A stretch of 64,000 nucleotides of DNA, taken from assembly GCF_030144855.1 (NCBI RefSeq), contig NC_082731.1:27218001-27282000 (forward strand). The letters run 5' to 3'. Of this stretch, positions 12,190 to 24,739 are shown piece after piece. The notes beneath the pieces are model-generated. The model made no database searches. It saw only the letters and a program-made list of their open reading frames with translations, and had not been told where the DNA came from. A program made the translations under genes and the position numbers. Numbering within the stretch: the first letter of the stretch is position 1; each line of letters begins with the position of its first letter. The DNA is from Hypanus sabinus. Its lineage: Eukaryota.

Positions 12190-13700
12190 TGTGCCAAAAG
12201 CTTTCTTTACAACTCTACCTACTTGTGATGCCACTTTCAACGAATTATGGTCCTGTATGCCCAGATCCCTTTGTTCTACCACACTTCTCAGTGTCCTACC
12301 ATTCACTGTGCAAAGCTTCGCACTTGTCTACATTAAATTCCATCTGCCATTACTACCTCATCCTGAATATCGAGCGACTGAACATTCTTGACCAACCTAC
12401 CATGCGGGACCTTGTCAAGTATCTTGTTAAAGCCCATGTAGACAACATCCACTGCCTTGCCTTCATCCACTTTCATGATAACTTCCTCGAAAAACTCTGA
12501 GATTGGTTTGACTTGACTTACCACACACAAAGCCCTGCTGACTAACCTTAATCGGTCCAAGTCTATCCAATTACTTATATGTCTGGTCCCTTAGAATAGC
12601 TTACAATAACTTTCCCACAACTGCTGTCAGACTCCCTGGCCTATAATATCCTGGTTTCTGTCTTGAGCCTTTCTTTAAAAAAAAAAGCAGATCAACATTG
12701 GCTATCCTCCAACCCTCTGGTACCTCTCCTGTCACTAGGATAATTCAAATATCTCTTCTAGGTCCCCAGTAATTTCTGCACGTGCCTCCCGTAGGATCCG
12801 AGGGGGCACCTTATCAGGCCTTGGGAATCTATCCACACTGATTTGCCTCAAGGTTACCACACCTCCTGCTCTTTAATCTGAACAGGGTCCATGAAATTGA
12901 TGTTGCTTTGCCTTCTATAGATTTGGTGTCCATCTCCTGAGTAAATACAAATGCAAAAACAAATGTTTAAGATCTCCCCCATCAGTTCTGGCTGCACAAA
13001 TAGATTACAATCCTGATCTTCCCGAGAACCAATTTTGACCCCTGCAATCCTTTTGCTCTTAGCATATCTGTAGAATCCCTTCGGATTCTGTGTGACCTTG
13101 TCTGCTAGAACAACTTCATGCCTCCTTTTAGCCCACCTGATTTCTTTCCACAGTGCTCTCTTGCATTTCTTATACTCCATAAACCCCTCAGTTGTTCCTA
13201 TCTGCCTATACCTGCTCTGCACCTCATTTTTTTTCTCTCAACCAGGGCCTCAATATCTCTTGAAAACCTCGGTTCCCTACACTTGTTATCTTTACTTTTT
13301 TATTATTGCAAGCACAGACAAGCTTAGTACTCTCAAAATTTTGCTTTCGAAGGCCTCTCATTACCAAGTACACCTTTGCCAGAAAATAGCCTATCCTAAT
13401 TCACAATTGCCAGATCATTGTGGATGCCATCAGAATTGGCCTTTCTCCAATTTAGAATCTCAATCCATGGACAAGACCTACATTCTTGCATATTTATGTT
13501 GAAATAGATGGCATTGTGGTCACTGTGTGCAAAGTGTTCCCTTACACAAACTTCTGTCACCTACCCTGTCTCATTCCCTAATAGCAGATCCAGTATCACA
13601 TACTTTCTCTACGTACTGATGAAGGAAACGTTCCTGAACATCTTTGGAAAAACTCTGTCCCATCTAGTCTTATTGTAGACATTCGATTCCTGAATATCGA
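12190..13700 (-). mobile_element. CR1-clade LINE ORF2 fragments
   Basis: AVDVVYMGFNKILDKVPHGRL; QNPKGFYRYAKSKR; RRHEVVLA. Confidence 0.85.
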
Positions 13701-13738
13701 ATAATGGATGCTCCTCTTTGCCAACCTCCTGACCTGGC

Positions 13739-14219
13739 TTGACTGCTGAAATACAATGGACTCAGGAAATAATCACAGCCTTTAATGCTCTTAAAACAGC
13801 TTTGACAACTGCTCCAGCGTTGGGCATGCCTGACTCTTCAGCTCCTGTCCAATTATTTGTTAATGAAAGCCCAGAGTTTACCAGCAGTATTTTAACACAG
13901 CAACACCGAGGCCTCAAATGGCTCATTGCATATTATTCTGTGCAACTATCACTAGTTGTAAGAGGCTTGCCTGGTTGTTTAAGGTCTGTCGCCGCCACTG
14001 TAGTTATGGAAGAAAAGGCCAATCTGATAGTATTGGATAACCTTTATACAGTTTTGGGTCCACGTGCAATTTTGCTTCTTTTAAATTCAGCGGACATGAA
14101 GCATTTTACAGCAGTAAGGTGGACAGGTTATTCGGTCATGTTGCTCTCTAAACCCAGTCTTTCTTTCCATTATGCCCCTGCACTCAACTCTTCTTCTCTT
14201 CTTGCATTAACTGAGACTG
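13739..14219 (+). pseudogene. pol: ERV pol connection/tether region
   Basis: AFNALKTALTTAPALGMPD; IAYYSVQLSLVVRGLPGCLRSVAA; LNSSSLL (cf. LNPATLL). Confidence 0.8.
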
Positions 14220-15047
14220 TGTCATGGTCTGGTCCGTGAATTCTGCATTTCAGTTCCGTCTTCTGGCTGTCTCTTGTTTCAGGTGGGCATAATCATAGGC
14301 ACTTGATTCTTGTCTTGGGGCTGGGAATATAAGTGGCCCTGGGGTCAAGTGTGGTGGCTGGTTTGTCTTGTCAGAATTCCCTTGATGCAACCTGCCAGTG
14401 GAAGGCTAGACAGCCATTCGTGATCTCTAGGCCTGGTTGGAGGACCACTGCTTCATGAAGCCTGGCTGTCTCTCGTCGGAGCAGTCATCATGGTCGAATT
14501 CGGCTGTTTCTGGGGCCAGCTGAGTGGTCGTTTGCCACTCCAAGCTAGATATGGATTCAGCTGTTTCTGCCCTGAGACTCGGAGCCACCCCAGATTGAGC
14601 TCCTTTGCCTCCATGGGGTAAGTCAGGCCGTCCTTGCCTCTGTTGGGTAAGTCAAGCCTTCTTTGCTGTTACCCTGAGGCTGGTCTGTTCCCTTCCCCTC
14701 TCCATCTGAATCCCTGACAGTTTCCTTGGCGGTCTACCTCAACAGTCTTCCCGGTCCGGCATCCTAGTAAGCATTCTGGCCCGGCGTCCTAGAAAGGGTC
14801 CTGGCCCTGCGTTCCAAGAAGAAGCTCCTTGTCCTGCCCAGGAAAGTCTCGAAGAATCCAAGCCTCGTCCAGTCCTGTAGCCACGTCATGACTTCGCCTA
14901 GTTCCGGGGTCCGGGCCCGAGTCAAGACCCAGATTCTGGGTCCTTGTCCAGTCTCTGGCTCAGAGTCAAAGCCCAGGCTCCTAGTTCCCAGTTCTTCGTC
15001 CTGGTCCCACTTTCCTGTGTTCCTGTCCCAGCTCCTAGTCCGTGTCA
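14220..15047. mobile_element. LTR-like insertion (probably Ty3/gypsy LTR pieces) inside ERV pol
   Basis: Starts TGTCATGG, ends GTGTCA, TATAA-like motif, short internal repeats; ERV frame resumes in mid RNase H; no TSD found. Confidence 0.5.
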
Positions 15048-15341
15048 AGTCTCAATTAATTATTACTTTACTCCAAGCTATTGTATTACCTCCACGACCG
15101 GCAGTTGTCATGTGTGAAGGGAGAAGATGAAGTCTTCATCGGTGATGCCACGGCTGATGACGCTGCTAAGCAAGCTGCAATGACCCAGACCTCAGTGATG
15201 TCCGGCAGCATCAGGATTCACTCAGCCTTCCGCTTGATGACGTCTGTGCAGCTCAAACACCTGCCCGTGGATTTCTCCTGGCTGCACACAAACGGAGTCT
15301 GGCTTGTGGACTCTCCCAGATGGATGTGTTGTATGTCCTAA
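15048..15341 (+). pseudogene. pol: ERV RNase H C-terminal half
   Basis: LLQAIVLPPRPAVVMC then KGEDEVFIGDATADDAAKQAA (GNxxADxAAKxAA-type motif). Confidence 0.75.
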
Positions 15342-15343
15342 GG

Positions 15344-16078
15344 CAGGGGTCGGCAACGTTTACCACTGAAAGAGCCAATATGGACCCATTTCCCACAGAA
15401 AAGAAAACACTGGGAGCCACAAAACCCGTTTGACATTTAAAATGAAATAACACTGCATACAACGTTTTTTTTGTCTTTATGCTATGCATAAACAAACTAT
15501 AATGTGTTGCATTTATGAAATTGATGAACTCCTGCAGAGAAAACGAAATTGCATTTCTGCATGCAATAAAAACATTTTGAACTCCGAAAAAAAGACGTTG
15601 GGTTGAAGGTTACTCCATAGTTAGCCTACCTTGGATCGAAGAATTAAAAGAAAGCGCGCACTGGCGGGTGTCAGGCATTGGCAGTGGTGATGTATATTAA
15701 TAACGATAAGAAACACATTGTAGCGGTGTGCTACACGCAGCGCTAAAATAAAGACACTGCAGTCAAAGGTAGCTTTATTCAAACTAAACAGCATTGCTTT
15801 AAAGCCTCCCTCAACCCGGCCCCGTGGGCGTGGTTGCTCCAAAAGACACGTACTCACAAACCCCCGTAGGCTATCTCCCTTAGCCGGAACGGTGGCTAAT
15901 TGTGAGCTGGTTCGGGTGTGCCAGGAAATGGGGTCTCCACAAAGTTTTTAGATTGTACAAGATCACCATAATCTTCAAATTTCGAATTACATTTCAAAAA
16001 CTAACAAACCACGGGGAGCCGCATCACAGAGATGAAAGAGTCGCATGCGGCTCCGGAGCCGCGGGTTGCCGACCTCTG
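15344..16078. mobile_element. Non-autonomous hAT-type DNA transposon (MITE-like)
   Basis: 14-bp TIRs CAGGGGTCGGCAAC / GTTGCCGACCTCTG (1 mismatch); 8-bp TSD not retained. Confidence 0.8.
15719..15941. mobile_element. Solo LTR related to the LTR at 61305-61519, nested in the hAT element
   Basis: TGTAGCGGTG.GCTACACGCAGCGCTAAAAT...CCAGGAAATGGG..CCACA shared with 61305-61519. Confidence 0.85.
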
Positions 16079-16345
16079 GCTCAGACAATGGTTCAGCTTT
16101 TATCCAGAAAGTAGTCAAACTGGTACTACAGGCGCTGAGGATAAAGCAAAGATTTTGGTGTGTATACCACCCTCAGCCACAGGGCATGGTAGAGAGAATT
16201 AATGGGAACCCTGAAAGCCAAACTAAACAAAATTTGTGCAGACACTAAACTTAATTGGGTCGATGCTTTACCGTTAGCATTGATGAGTTACCGCATGCAA
16301 ACTAATTGAATCACATGCCTGACACCGCATGAGATGCTCACTGGG
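16079..16345 (+). pseudogene. pol: ERV integrase core fragment
   Basis: SDNGSAF; [14 protein letters not shown]; [15 protein letters not shown]; TPHEMLTG. Confidence 0.85.
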
Positions 16346-17424
16346 AAGCTATCATACCTGTGATAGGGGTAAGCAAAAACGTTGAATGGATAAGCTATAT
16401 ATACTACAATCAACAGAGATTCATCAACTACACTGATGATCCACTGGAGGCCTTAGGGCAACAGCTGGATGCAGCTAGCAGGATGGCGTGGCAAAACAGA
16501 CAGGTACTGAATAGGCTTTTGGCAGAAAAGGGGTGTGTGTGAGAGTGTGAGTGTGAGTGTGAGAGTGTGAGTGTGAGAGTGTGTGAGAGTGAGANNNNNN
16601 NNNNNNNNNNNNNNNNNNNNNNNNNNNNNNNNNNNNNNNNNNNNNNNNNNNNNNNNNNNNNNNNNNNNNNNNNNNNNNNNNNNNNNNNNNNNNNNNNNNN
16701 NNNNNNNNNNNNNNNNNNNNNNNNNNNNNNNNNNNNNNNNNNNNNNNNNNNNNNNNNNNNNNNNNNNNNNNNNNNNNNNNNNNNNNNNNNNNNNNNNNNN
16801 NNNNNNNNNNNNNNNNNNNNNNNNNNNNNNNNNNNNNNNNNNNNNNNNNNNNNNNNNNNNNNNNNNNNNNNNNNNNNNNNNNNNNNNNNNNNNNNNNNNN
16901 NNNNNNNNNNNNNNNNNNNNNNNNNNNNNNNNNNNNNNNNNNNNNNNNNNNNNNNNNNNNNNNNNNNNNNNNNNNNNNNNNNNNNNNNNNNNNNNNNNNN
17001 NNNNNNNNNNNNNNNNNNNNNCACTTTCATACCGAACAATACTAGCCCAGAAGGGTCTTTCACCAGAGCAGTGAATAAATTAAAGAATCTGCGGACGGAG
17101 GTTAAACAGAATGCAGGATTTGAACATCAGTTTTTTGATTGGTTAGAAAGTAGACTCGGAGGATGGGGAGCATGGATGACTAAAATAGCAATAACTGTCA
17201 GTATTGTATTGTTGAGTTGTGCACTTGTGCTGCGCTGTTTTCTTCCTTGTCTCAAATCTCTTGTAGTGCGTGCTGCAACCAAACAATTTCTGATGCTCAT
17301 GACAATTACTGAAGCAAGCTTAGTGGAGAAAGAAACACCAAAAATGTATTGTTACAGCCTACAACACCTGCAGGATGAACAAGAGCAAAACGACAGTGTG
17401 GGAGTAGATTGTAAGGTGTTATGA
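16346..17424 (+). pseudogene. env: ERV envelope transmembrane subunit (gamma-type), interrupted by microsatellite and assembly gap
   Basis: VEWISYIYYNQQRFINYT; immunosuppressive-domain-like QNRQVLNRLLAEKG; after the gap TFIPNNTSPEG...WL...GWG..KIAITVSIVLLSCALV hydrophobic anchor. Confidence 0.85.
16595..17021. other. Assembly gap (427 N) preceded by GTGAGT/GAGTGT-type microsatellite
   Basis: N run; repeat at ~16533-16594. Confidence 0.99.
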
Positions 17425-17939
17425 GTCTTTTTCCCTGTCTCAGGTACAAAGGGATAGGTTTTTGGCTCAGCAGCCCAGGGTAACGGAGAGAATACTTTGA
17501 GGTCTTGGTGCAGAAAATTATAGTTTAACCCAAGATTTGGGAATAAGTGCTTGAGTTTATTGGGGCTTTTGTGTGCAGACGCTTAGTCTTCTTTCTCTGT
17601 GTGAGCCCCTCTGGGTCTTAAAGGGAGTATATTGGAGTATAAAACTATTATGGAGTATAAAACTGGTATTATTTGCTGTGTAACCAAAACTATGTAGTCA
17701 GTTTGCTATGCATGTACCCAAGATGAAATCCTAGGAATCTAGAAGACAATGGTGTGTTAATATATGTTAATCAGAGGTAGCAAAGAGATGTAGTCAGCTT
17801 TGAAACTTGCTATTTGCTATGCATGTACCCAATTTAGCAAGAGAATGTAATATTAAGAATGTAGAAGTCAATGTTGTGTTAATGGAAGGTAGCTAAAGAG
17901 ATGTAGATTAGAACTGTATGTGCGGTACACGTGAAACTA

Positions 17940-20900
17940 GACCAGGATTTTGTTATAAAAAATGTCGTGTCGGAGGATCGGTGGGCAATCAGCGACTAGC
18001 TCAATGACTGTCTCAGGTTTGATTTTCATATTAAAGTTTAACCCTTCTTGAAGAATCTTCTGCATCTCTTGGTCATTTATGAGGCACGAAAAACCACGAC
18101 ACTTCCTCAACCCTACCAACCTCTCTACCTATCTTTCTATCATCTGTAAACTTGGCCGTTAAGTCATTTAGTCCATCATCCAAATCATGAACGTGTAATA
18201 TAAAAAGAATTGTTCCCAACACTGACCCCTGTGGAACAGCACTTCTCACCAGCAGCCAACCAGAAAAGGCTCCATTCATTTCCACCCTTTGTCTCCTGCC
18301 ACTCAGTCAATCCACTGTCCATCCTTGAGAAACAACTTCTTCCCAGCTGAGGTCAAGCTAACTGACGATAATTTCCTTTCTACTACCTCCCTCTCTTCTT
18401 GAAAAGTGCAGTGATATTTGCAATGTTCTTGTCCCCCAGAACCATGCCAGAATCTAGTGATTTTTAAGAGATCATTATCAATGCCTCCACACTCTCCCCA
18501 GTGACCTCTTTCAGAACCCTGGTATGTGGTCCAGGTGACATCCACCTTCAGAGCTTTCAGCTTCCCAAGCACCTTCTATAGAAAAGGCAATTGCACTCAC
18601 TTCATCCTCTGATACTCTTGAACTTCCATCATATGTCAGTGTTTTCCACGGTGAAGAAAGATGCAAATATTCATTTAGTTCATCAGCCATTTCTTTGTCT
18701 CCCATCACCAGCATCATTTTCCAGTGGTACTTTATCTATTCTTGCCTCTCTCTTTTACTCTTTATATATCCGAAAATACTTTTTGTATCCCACATGATAT
18801 TAAACAACAGCTTACCTTCGTATTTCCTTCCTGATGGCTTTTTTAGTTATTCACTGTTGGTTTTTAAAAGCTTCCCGATCCTAACTTCCCACTCATTTTT
18901 TGCTCTATTATATACCCTGTCTTTTGCTTTCACATTGTTTTGGACTTCCGTTGTCACTCATGGTTGCAACATCCTGAATTTAGAATACTTATTTTTCCTT
19001 GAGATGTATCCAACCTGCACCTTCCAGATTGCTCCCTGAAACTCCAGCCATTGCTGTTCCTTGTTAGTATCCCCTTCTAATCAACATTAGCCAGCTCCCC
19101 TATCATGCCTCTGTAATTCCCAACAGTATCATGCCTCTAAAATGCCAGTATATATACTCCAGTGTAAAATTGATATATCTGACCTCAGCTTTTCCCTTTC
19201 AAACTGCAGGGTGAAGCCTGTCATATTATGATCACTGGCTCCTTAGGGTTCCTTTACCTTAAGCTCCCCAATCATATCTGATTCATTGTACAACATGCAA
19301 TCCAGAATAACCTTTTCCCAAGTGGGCTCATCACAAGCTTCTCTAAAAAGCCATCTTGTATGTATTCTACAAATTTCCTCTCGGAATCCAGCACTAATTT
19401 GATTTTGCAAGTCTTCCTGCTTATTAAAATCCCTCATGGCCATCATAACATTGCCCTTTTAATACAGATTTTCTATCTCCAGTTGCAATTTATAGCCCAC
19501 ATCTTGGCTACTTTTCAGAGGCTTGTATATAATTCCCATCAGAGTCAGTTTACGTTTTCAGTTTCTTACATCCAATCACAAGGATTCTATATCATCCAAT
19601 CCTATGCCACCTATTTCCAATGATTTGGTTTTTTTGTTTTAATCAACAGAGCCACCCCATTCCCTCTGCCTGTCCTTTCAAAATTATGTATATCCTTGGA
19701 TGTTAAACTCCCAACTATGATCATCATCCAGCCATAAATCAGCGTTGCCCACAACATCACACCTATCAATCTCTAACCGTGCTTCAAGATCATCTACCTT
19801 ATTCCATATATTGTATTCAAATATAACACCTTCAGTCCTGAATACATCACTTTTTTTAATTTGGCCTCCTGTTACACTGACTGCAATTTTGCCTTTCATC
19901 TGCCTGTCCTTCCTCACAGTCTCATTACACACTGCATCCAGTTATATAACAACTACCCTATCACTCAGCTTCCCATTCCCCTGCCAAGTTAGTTCAAAAC
20001 CTGCCCTAAAGCTCTATAAATCCTGCCTGCAAGGATATTGGTCCCCTTCAGGTTCAGGTGTAAGCTGTCTTTCATGTACAAATCACTCCTTTCCCCAAAA
20101 GAGATCCCAATGATCTAGAAATTTGAATCCCTGCTCCCTGTACCAATTCCGCAATTGTGCATTCATCTGCCATATCATCATTTTCTTACCCTTGCTGGTG
20201 CATGGCATAGGCAGCAGTCCAGAGATTACCACCCTGGTAATCCTGCTTTTCAGCTTGCTAACCAACTCCCTGTATTCTCTCTTTCAGACTTTCTCTCTTT
20301 TCCACCCTGTCATTAGTACCAATATGTATCCCACCTATGCTGGAAGAACTCAGCAGGTCAGGCAGCACCCATGAGAAAAGAGTAGCCAATGTTTCAGGCT
20401 GAGACCCTTCATCAGGACCCTTCTTAGCCCGAAATGTTGGCTACTCTTTTCTCACGGATGCTGCCTGACCTGCTGAGTTCCTCCAGCATTGTGTACATAT
20501 TCTTTGATCCACAGCATCTGCAGTTGTATTTTTGTGTTATGTATCACATCTTCCAGCTGTTCACCTTCTCCTTTAGAATGCTGTGGACCTGATCTGAGAC
20601 ATCCCCGACTCTGGCAGCTGTGAGACAACATACCATCTTCATGTCTGCAGAATCTGCTGTCTGGTCCTCTAATTATGGTATCCTCAATTACTACTGCATT
20701 CCTCTTCCCCCCAAACCCCACCCTTTCCTGAGCCACTGAAACATGCTTACTGGTAGAAATCAGGTCACTGTGGCTGCCCCCAATAGGTTGTTTCTCCAAC
20801 AGTATCCAAAGCATTTTAATTATTATTGAAGGGAACAGCCACAGGGGTACTCTGCACTGGCTGCCTCTTTCCTTTGTCTCTACTGATAGTCACCAGGTAC

Positions 20901-21400
20901 CCACCTCCTGTAACTTAGGGCTGACTACCTTACTATTGCTCCTATTTATCTACTCCTCATTGTCCCTTAAGAGCCAAAGGTCATTGAGCTGCAGCTCCAA
21001 TTCCTTCAGACAGTCTCCAAGGAGCTGCAGCTTGGTGCACTTCATACAAATGTATTTAACAGGGACACTGGATGTCTCCAAAAGTTACCACATCTCATAC
21101 AAGGAACATACCACTAACTCTTGACCCATTCTCAGAGCAATTAGCTGTGTACCAAGTGGAAAAAAAACTTACCTGAAACTTCCTTAAAGCATCCACCTGT
21201 GCTTTCCCACATCTGATTACAAGGAAGGCTTTTGAGCTAAACCTGACCACTCACACACTGGCCACTCCCACAGTGGCCACTCACTCAAAGGCTGCCCCAC
21301 TTACAGCTCACTTCTCTTTATTGGCCCCTGACGAGTGCGATCGAAGCAGACTGAATCGCTATGATTGCAGCCCACTGAAAAGTCCTGAACACACCCAAAC
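17940..21400 (-). mobile_element. Decayed CR1-clade LINE with ORF1 (SGNH esterase-like) and ORF2 fragments
   Basis: ORF1 RVVISGLLPMP...WYREQGFKFLDHW; APE NIWNKVDDL...FNIQGYT; RT SAVPQGSVLGTILF, KFTDD. Confidence 0.8.
20338..20525. mobile_element. Palindromic Penelope-associated terminal repeat (SINE/MITE-like)
   Basis: ~70-bp inverted arms 20338-20410 / 20417-20488; minus strand carries CTGATGA-AGGGTCTCAGCCT-GAAAC. Confidence 0.75.
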
Positions 21401-21469
21401 TCATTTTAAGCCATGTGCTGCAATATCAATGGATGACCTCTCCCTCACGAGTTGCAGCCCGACAAAAAA

Positions 21470-21965
21470 TAAGTGGTAAAGTGAACAGCAAAGAAGGTTA
21501 TCAAAGCTACAGTGGCTCCTCGTTCAGCTCCGTAAGAGGGCTGAATTGTGGCAAATGGAGTTCCATTCAGGGAAGAGCAAGGTGCAATACTTTGGAAAGT
21601 TAAACCAAGATAGGAATTACACAGTGAATGAAAGGTTCTTGGAGTGTGCTGTGGATCAGAGGGACTTTGGAGTTCAAGTACACAGTTTACTGAAAGTGGA
21701 GTCACAGGTGGACAGGGTGGTGATGAAGTCTTTTGTTATACTGTCCTTCATCAGTGAGAACACTGTGTATGGAATTTGGGAACACATGTTGTGAATGTAG
21801 AAGGTGCTGGTGAGGTTGTATTTGGAGTATTGTGCTCAGTTTTTATTGATGCTCCAGGTGAAAAGATGTTATTAATCAGAAAAGAGTACAGAAATGATTT
21901 AAGAATGTTGCCATGACTGAGTTGAAGGGAAACATTGTCTAGGCTCAGACTTTCCTTGGAATGAA
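21470..21965 (+). mobile_element. CR1-clade LINE 3' fragment
   Basis: WQMEFHSGKSKVQYFG; DQRDFGVQVHSLLKV. Confidence 0.85.
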
Positions 21966-22380
21966 TATACAAATTACAGAAAATATGATTTGTATCTTGG
22001 AGTCACAGTCACTGTGGAGGTCAATGTAATAGTGAGATTGGATATGTTTCTGTTACTGTGCTTGGTTATAAAATCTCTAATAATCTCTAACTTCCTCAGC
22101 TCTGGTGAAAACCTTTGATTTGTAGGAGACTGAGTGGAGATTTTGTAGGGATGCAAACAATCAAGAGGGCAACGGATAAGAAAAGTTCACACAAAATGCT
22201 GTCAAGGTGACCAGCTTGAATGGACATCTTGGTCAGTATGGAGGAGATGGGCCAAAGGGCCGGTTTCCACACTCTTTGACCCTCTCACTCCACAAATGCA
22301 AGTGTAATTTACAGTGGTCAATTAACATACCAACAGGCAGGCATTTAGGATATAGAGGGATGTCATATTTCAATGTGATG

Positions 22381-22571
22381 TATTCATCTGAAGAGCTCCT
22401 GCAAACTCAGTAACTCCTGACGCTCTGGAATCCTCCTGTGCACTGTTTCACCCACATCTTCCACCCTCTCTCTCTGGCTGATACTCTGACCCCCATTGGT
22501 TGTCTGTTAGTATTACAACGGTCTGTTCGACTGAGTTAGTGTTCATCTGGCCCCGAGTTTATCACTGGAAG
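22381..22571 (+). repeat. Unidentified exon-like repeat, copy C (shortened)
   Basis: TATTCATCTGAAGAGCTCCTG...GGAAG|GTAAC. Confidence 0.8.
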
Positions 22572-23115
22572 GTAACAAATGCTTCTGGCCAAATTGACTT
22601 CAGTTCAGACACAAGAGTCTGTAGATCCTGGGACCTGGAGCAGCACACAATCTAAGGATGATTTAAATATCTCAGCGATTTGACAGTTTCAAATGGGTTA
22701 CAAAAGGACAGAATGAAATTACTAAAGTAAAGAAAACCTACTCATGTTGCAAATCAAGAGGAAAATCTCTTGCCAGCACTGGACAAGCAATATACATTGT
22801 ACATCAGCAGTGGAGGCAATGGAATGGAATGTCAGCGAGTAGACCATATACATCTCCAAATGTACCAACTCGTGGATGCCAATGATCAAATCAACACAAC
22901 TATAAAATAGCAAAAACAGAGTCCAATAAACAAGAGCTCAGATCACTGCTCTATTGAAGAAGTTCTATAAATGCAAATTATTGCAGGGAAATGAATGTAT
23001 TGACAGAAAAAGACAGTGAGAGAAAGCAGGGATTGTATAAAATATCCTTTCAGTGAGATACTAACTGATGAATGGAACCCCTGCCATTTCCGTGTCTGAC
23101 AATTTCAATGCGAGA

Positions 23116-23332
23116 TATTCATCTAAAGAGCTCCTGTAATCTCAGGACCTCCTGGCACAGTGGAATCCTCCTGTGCACTGTTTCACCCACACGGTCCAGC
23201 AGTGTCTCCGTGCCTGACTGTTACTCTAACACCCAGAGACTGTCGGTTACTATTACAACAGTCAGTTCAGCTGAAGGCTCAATATCTGGAGTTGTTCCTC
23301 TGCCCCCTAGTGGTTACAGTTATTATTGCAGG
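23116..23332 (+). repeat. Unidentified exon-like repeat, copy D
   Basis: Same core; open frame (ORF 23072-23344); ends GCAGG|GTAAT. Confidence 0.85.
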
Positions 23333-23789
23333 GTAATAATTTGATGGAATCAAATCGACTTCAGACAAAATTAACATCTGAACTCCAACAGAAGAATGAA
23401 ATCATGACTGACGGACAAATAACTACACATGTTGCAATAAGAGACAAAAACTACTGAAATTATAGCTCACTCAGTATATGTGGAAAGAGAAACAAACTAG
23501 TTTCACAATCACTTCACCAGAGCTGAGAAAATCTGACATTTAGTGGTTGAAAACTGAGTGCAGTTGCAGAAAAAAAATCTCATTCTGCCCACTACTCACT
23601 CTCCGTGGTGACCAAGGGACGTTGTGAATAAATTCACACAGGCATTGTTACTCATGCTTCCTTAAAATTTGCTTGGCAGAAATAAATCCCTCATTGGTGT
23701 TGGGGAGTTTTGAATGAAAGATGTGTATGAGAGGATAGTGAAAAGGGGACAGTGGGGGAGAAGTTTACCTCAAATTGCAGAATTCAATA

Positions 23790-24090
23790 TTCATGCCACT
23801 GGATTGTAGGTAACCAGACTGGAATATGAGGTTCCATCCCTCACGCTTGTGTTTGGCCTCACCATGACAGTGAATGATGTGAAAGCCAGACAGGTTGATG
23901 TGGCAATGGGGAAGGTGATTGAAATAGTTTCCAAGTGGGAGCTATCAATGGCCATCTTGCCCTGAGTGCAGATGCTCCTTAAAACGATTCCCTCATCAGC
24001 AATTACATCACCTTGAGAGCAATGAATGCAATAGTCAACAATGGATGAGGTGCATGTAAGTCTGAGCCTCACTGGAAAGACTGATTAGGT
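23790..24090 (-). mobile_element. Penelope-like element 3' fragment
   Basis: Similar to ~35300-35450 of the larger Penelope relic. Confidence 0.5.
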
Positions 24091-24159
24091 GATTGGATGG
24101 TGGTGATGAGAGAAAGGGACAGATATTACACCATTGCCGGCTGCAGGAGAAAATCTGGA

Positions 24160-24460
24160 CTATTATCCATTTCTCGTACTAACCAGCACATGGCATCATG
24201 AGTAATCCACTGAGCATTACCCTTGAGGTCCTGCATTTTAAGTTCATACCCAACTCCCTATTCGCATTTTGCAGGATCTCAGCCACTGTTTGTCCCAACA
24301 TATACCTGTTTGTGAGGGGAATGGCCACAGGCCTGTACCACATGGCCTGTACTGAGTGTCTTCTCCCCATACTTCCCCATCTATCTGAAGTGTGCACTTT
24401 GGGTCTGACCACCTCTGTGAATGTCTCATCTCTGCAGAACCCGGTTTCCCAGATGATCCT
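24160..24460 (-). mobile_element. CR1 ORF1 fragment
   Basis: PVAIPLTNRY; LKCRTSRVMLSGLLMMP. Confidence 0.7.
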
Positions 24461-24739
24461 GAGTACCTCCAGCCTCCAACAACAAAATAAACGTCTATTT
24501 ATTGTCTAAACACCCAGCATATAATCTGAGTTCCGTCGCCAGCCTGTGTATTCACACTCCACACTAGTCCGCCTTTCATACAACAACCTCTCCATCTCCA
24601 CCCACCAAGTGTTCATAGGTAAGACAATCAGAAGCTCCTCCAACACCACACCACTGTCCTTGCACGGTCTGGTCCGAGACACGAGGAAATGAATGTTTCC
24701 CGAATTTGCCTCTCTCCTTACCCTGCAATGCGTTGTCTG

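Larger units (their letters stand above)
13739..17935 (+). mobile_element. Class I (epsilon-like) endogenous retrovirus remnant: pol fragments, env TM, 3' LTR; interrupted by nested insertions
   Basis: Collinear pol connection, RNase H, integrase, env TM, purine tract, then an LTR-like region with an internal ~120-bp tandem duplication (~17630-17935). Confidence 0.85.

Noticed and set aside
13616-13641. Hammerhead-like CTGATGA-AGGAAACGTTCCT-GAAC
   Set aside because: Lacks GAAA and is the antisense of CR1 ORF2 coding sequence; coincidental.
16428-17074. Long ORFs spanning the N run
   Set aside because: Artefacts of translating through N; only the env-frame flanks are meaningful.
23426-23452. 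CACATGT-11-ACAAAAACT, possible degenerate 12-RSS
   Set aside because: Heptamer only 4/7, spacer 11, no partner RSS or D/J coding segment, and poorly kept in the paralogous position near 29765.
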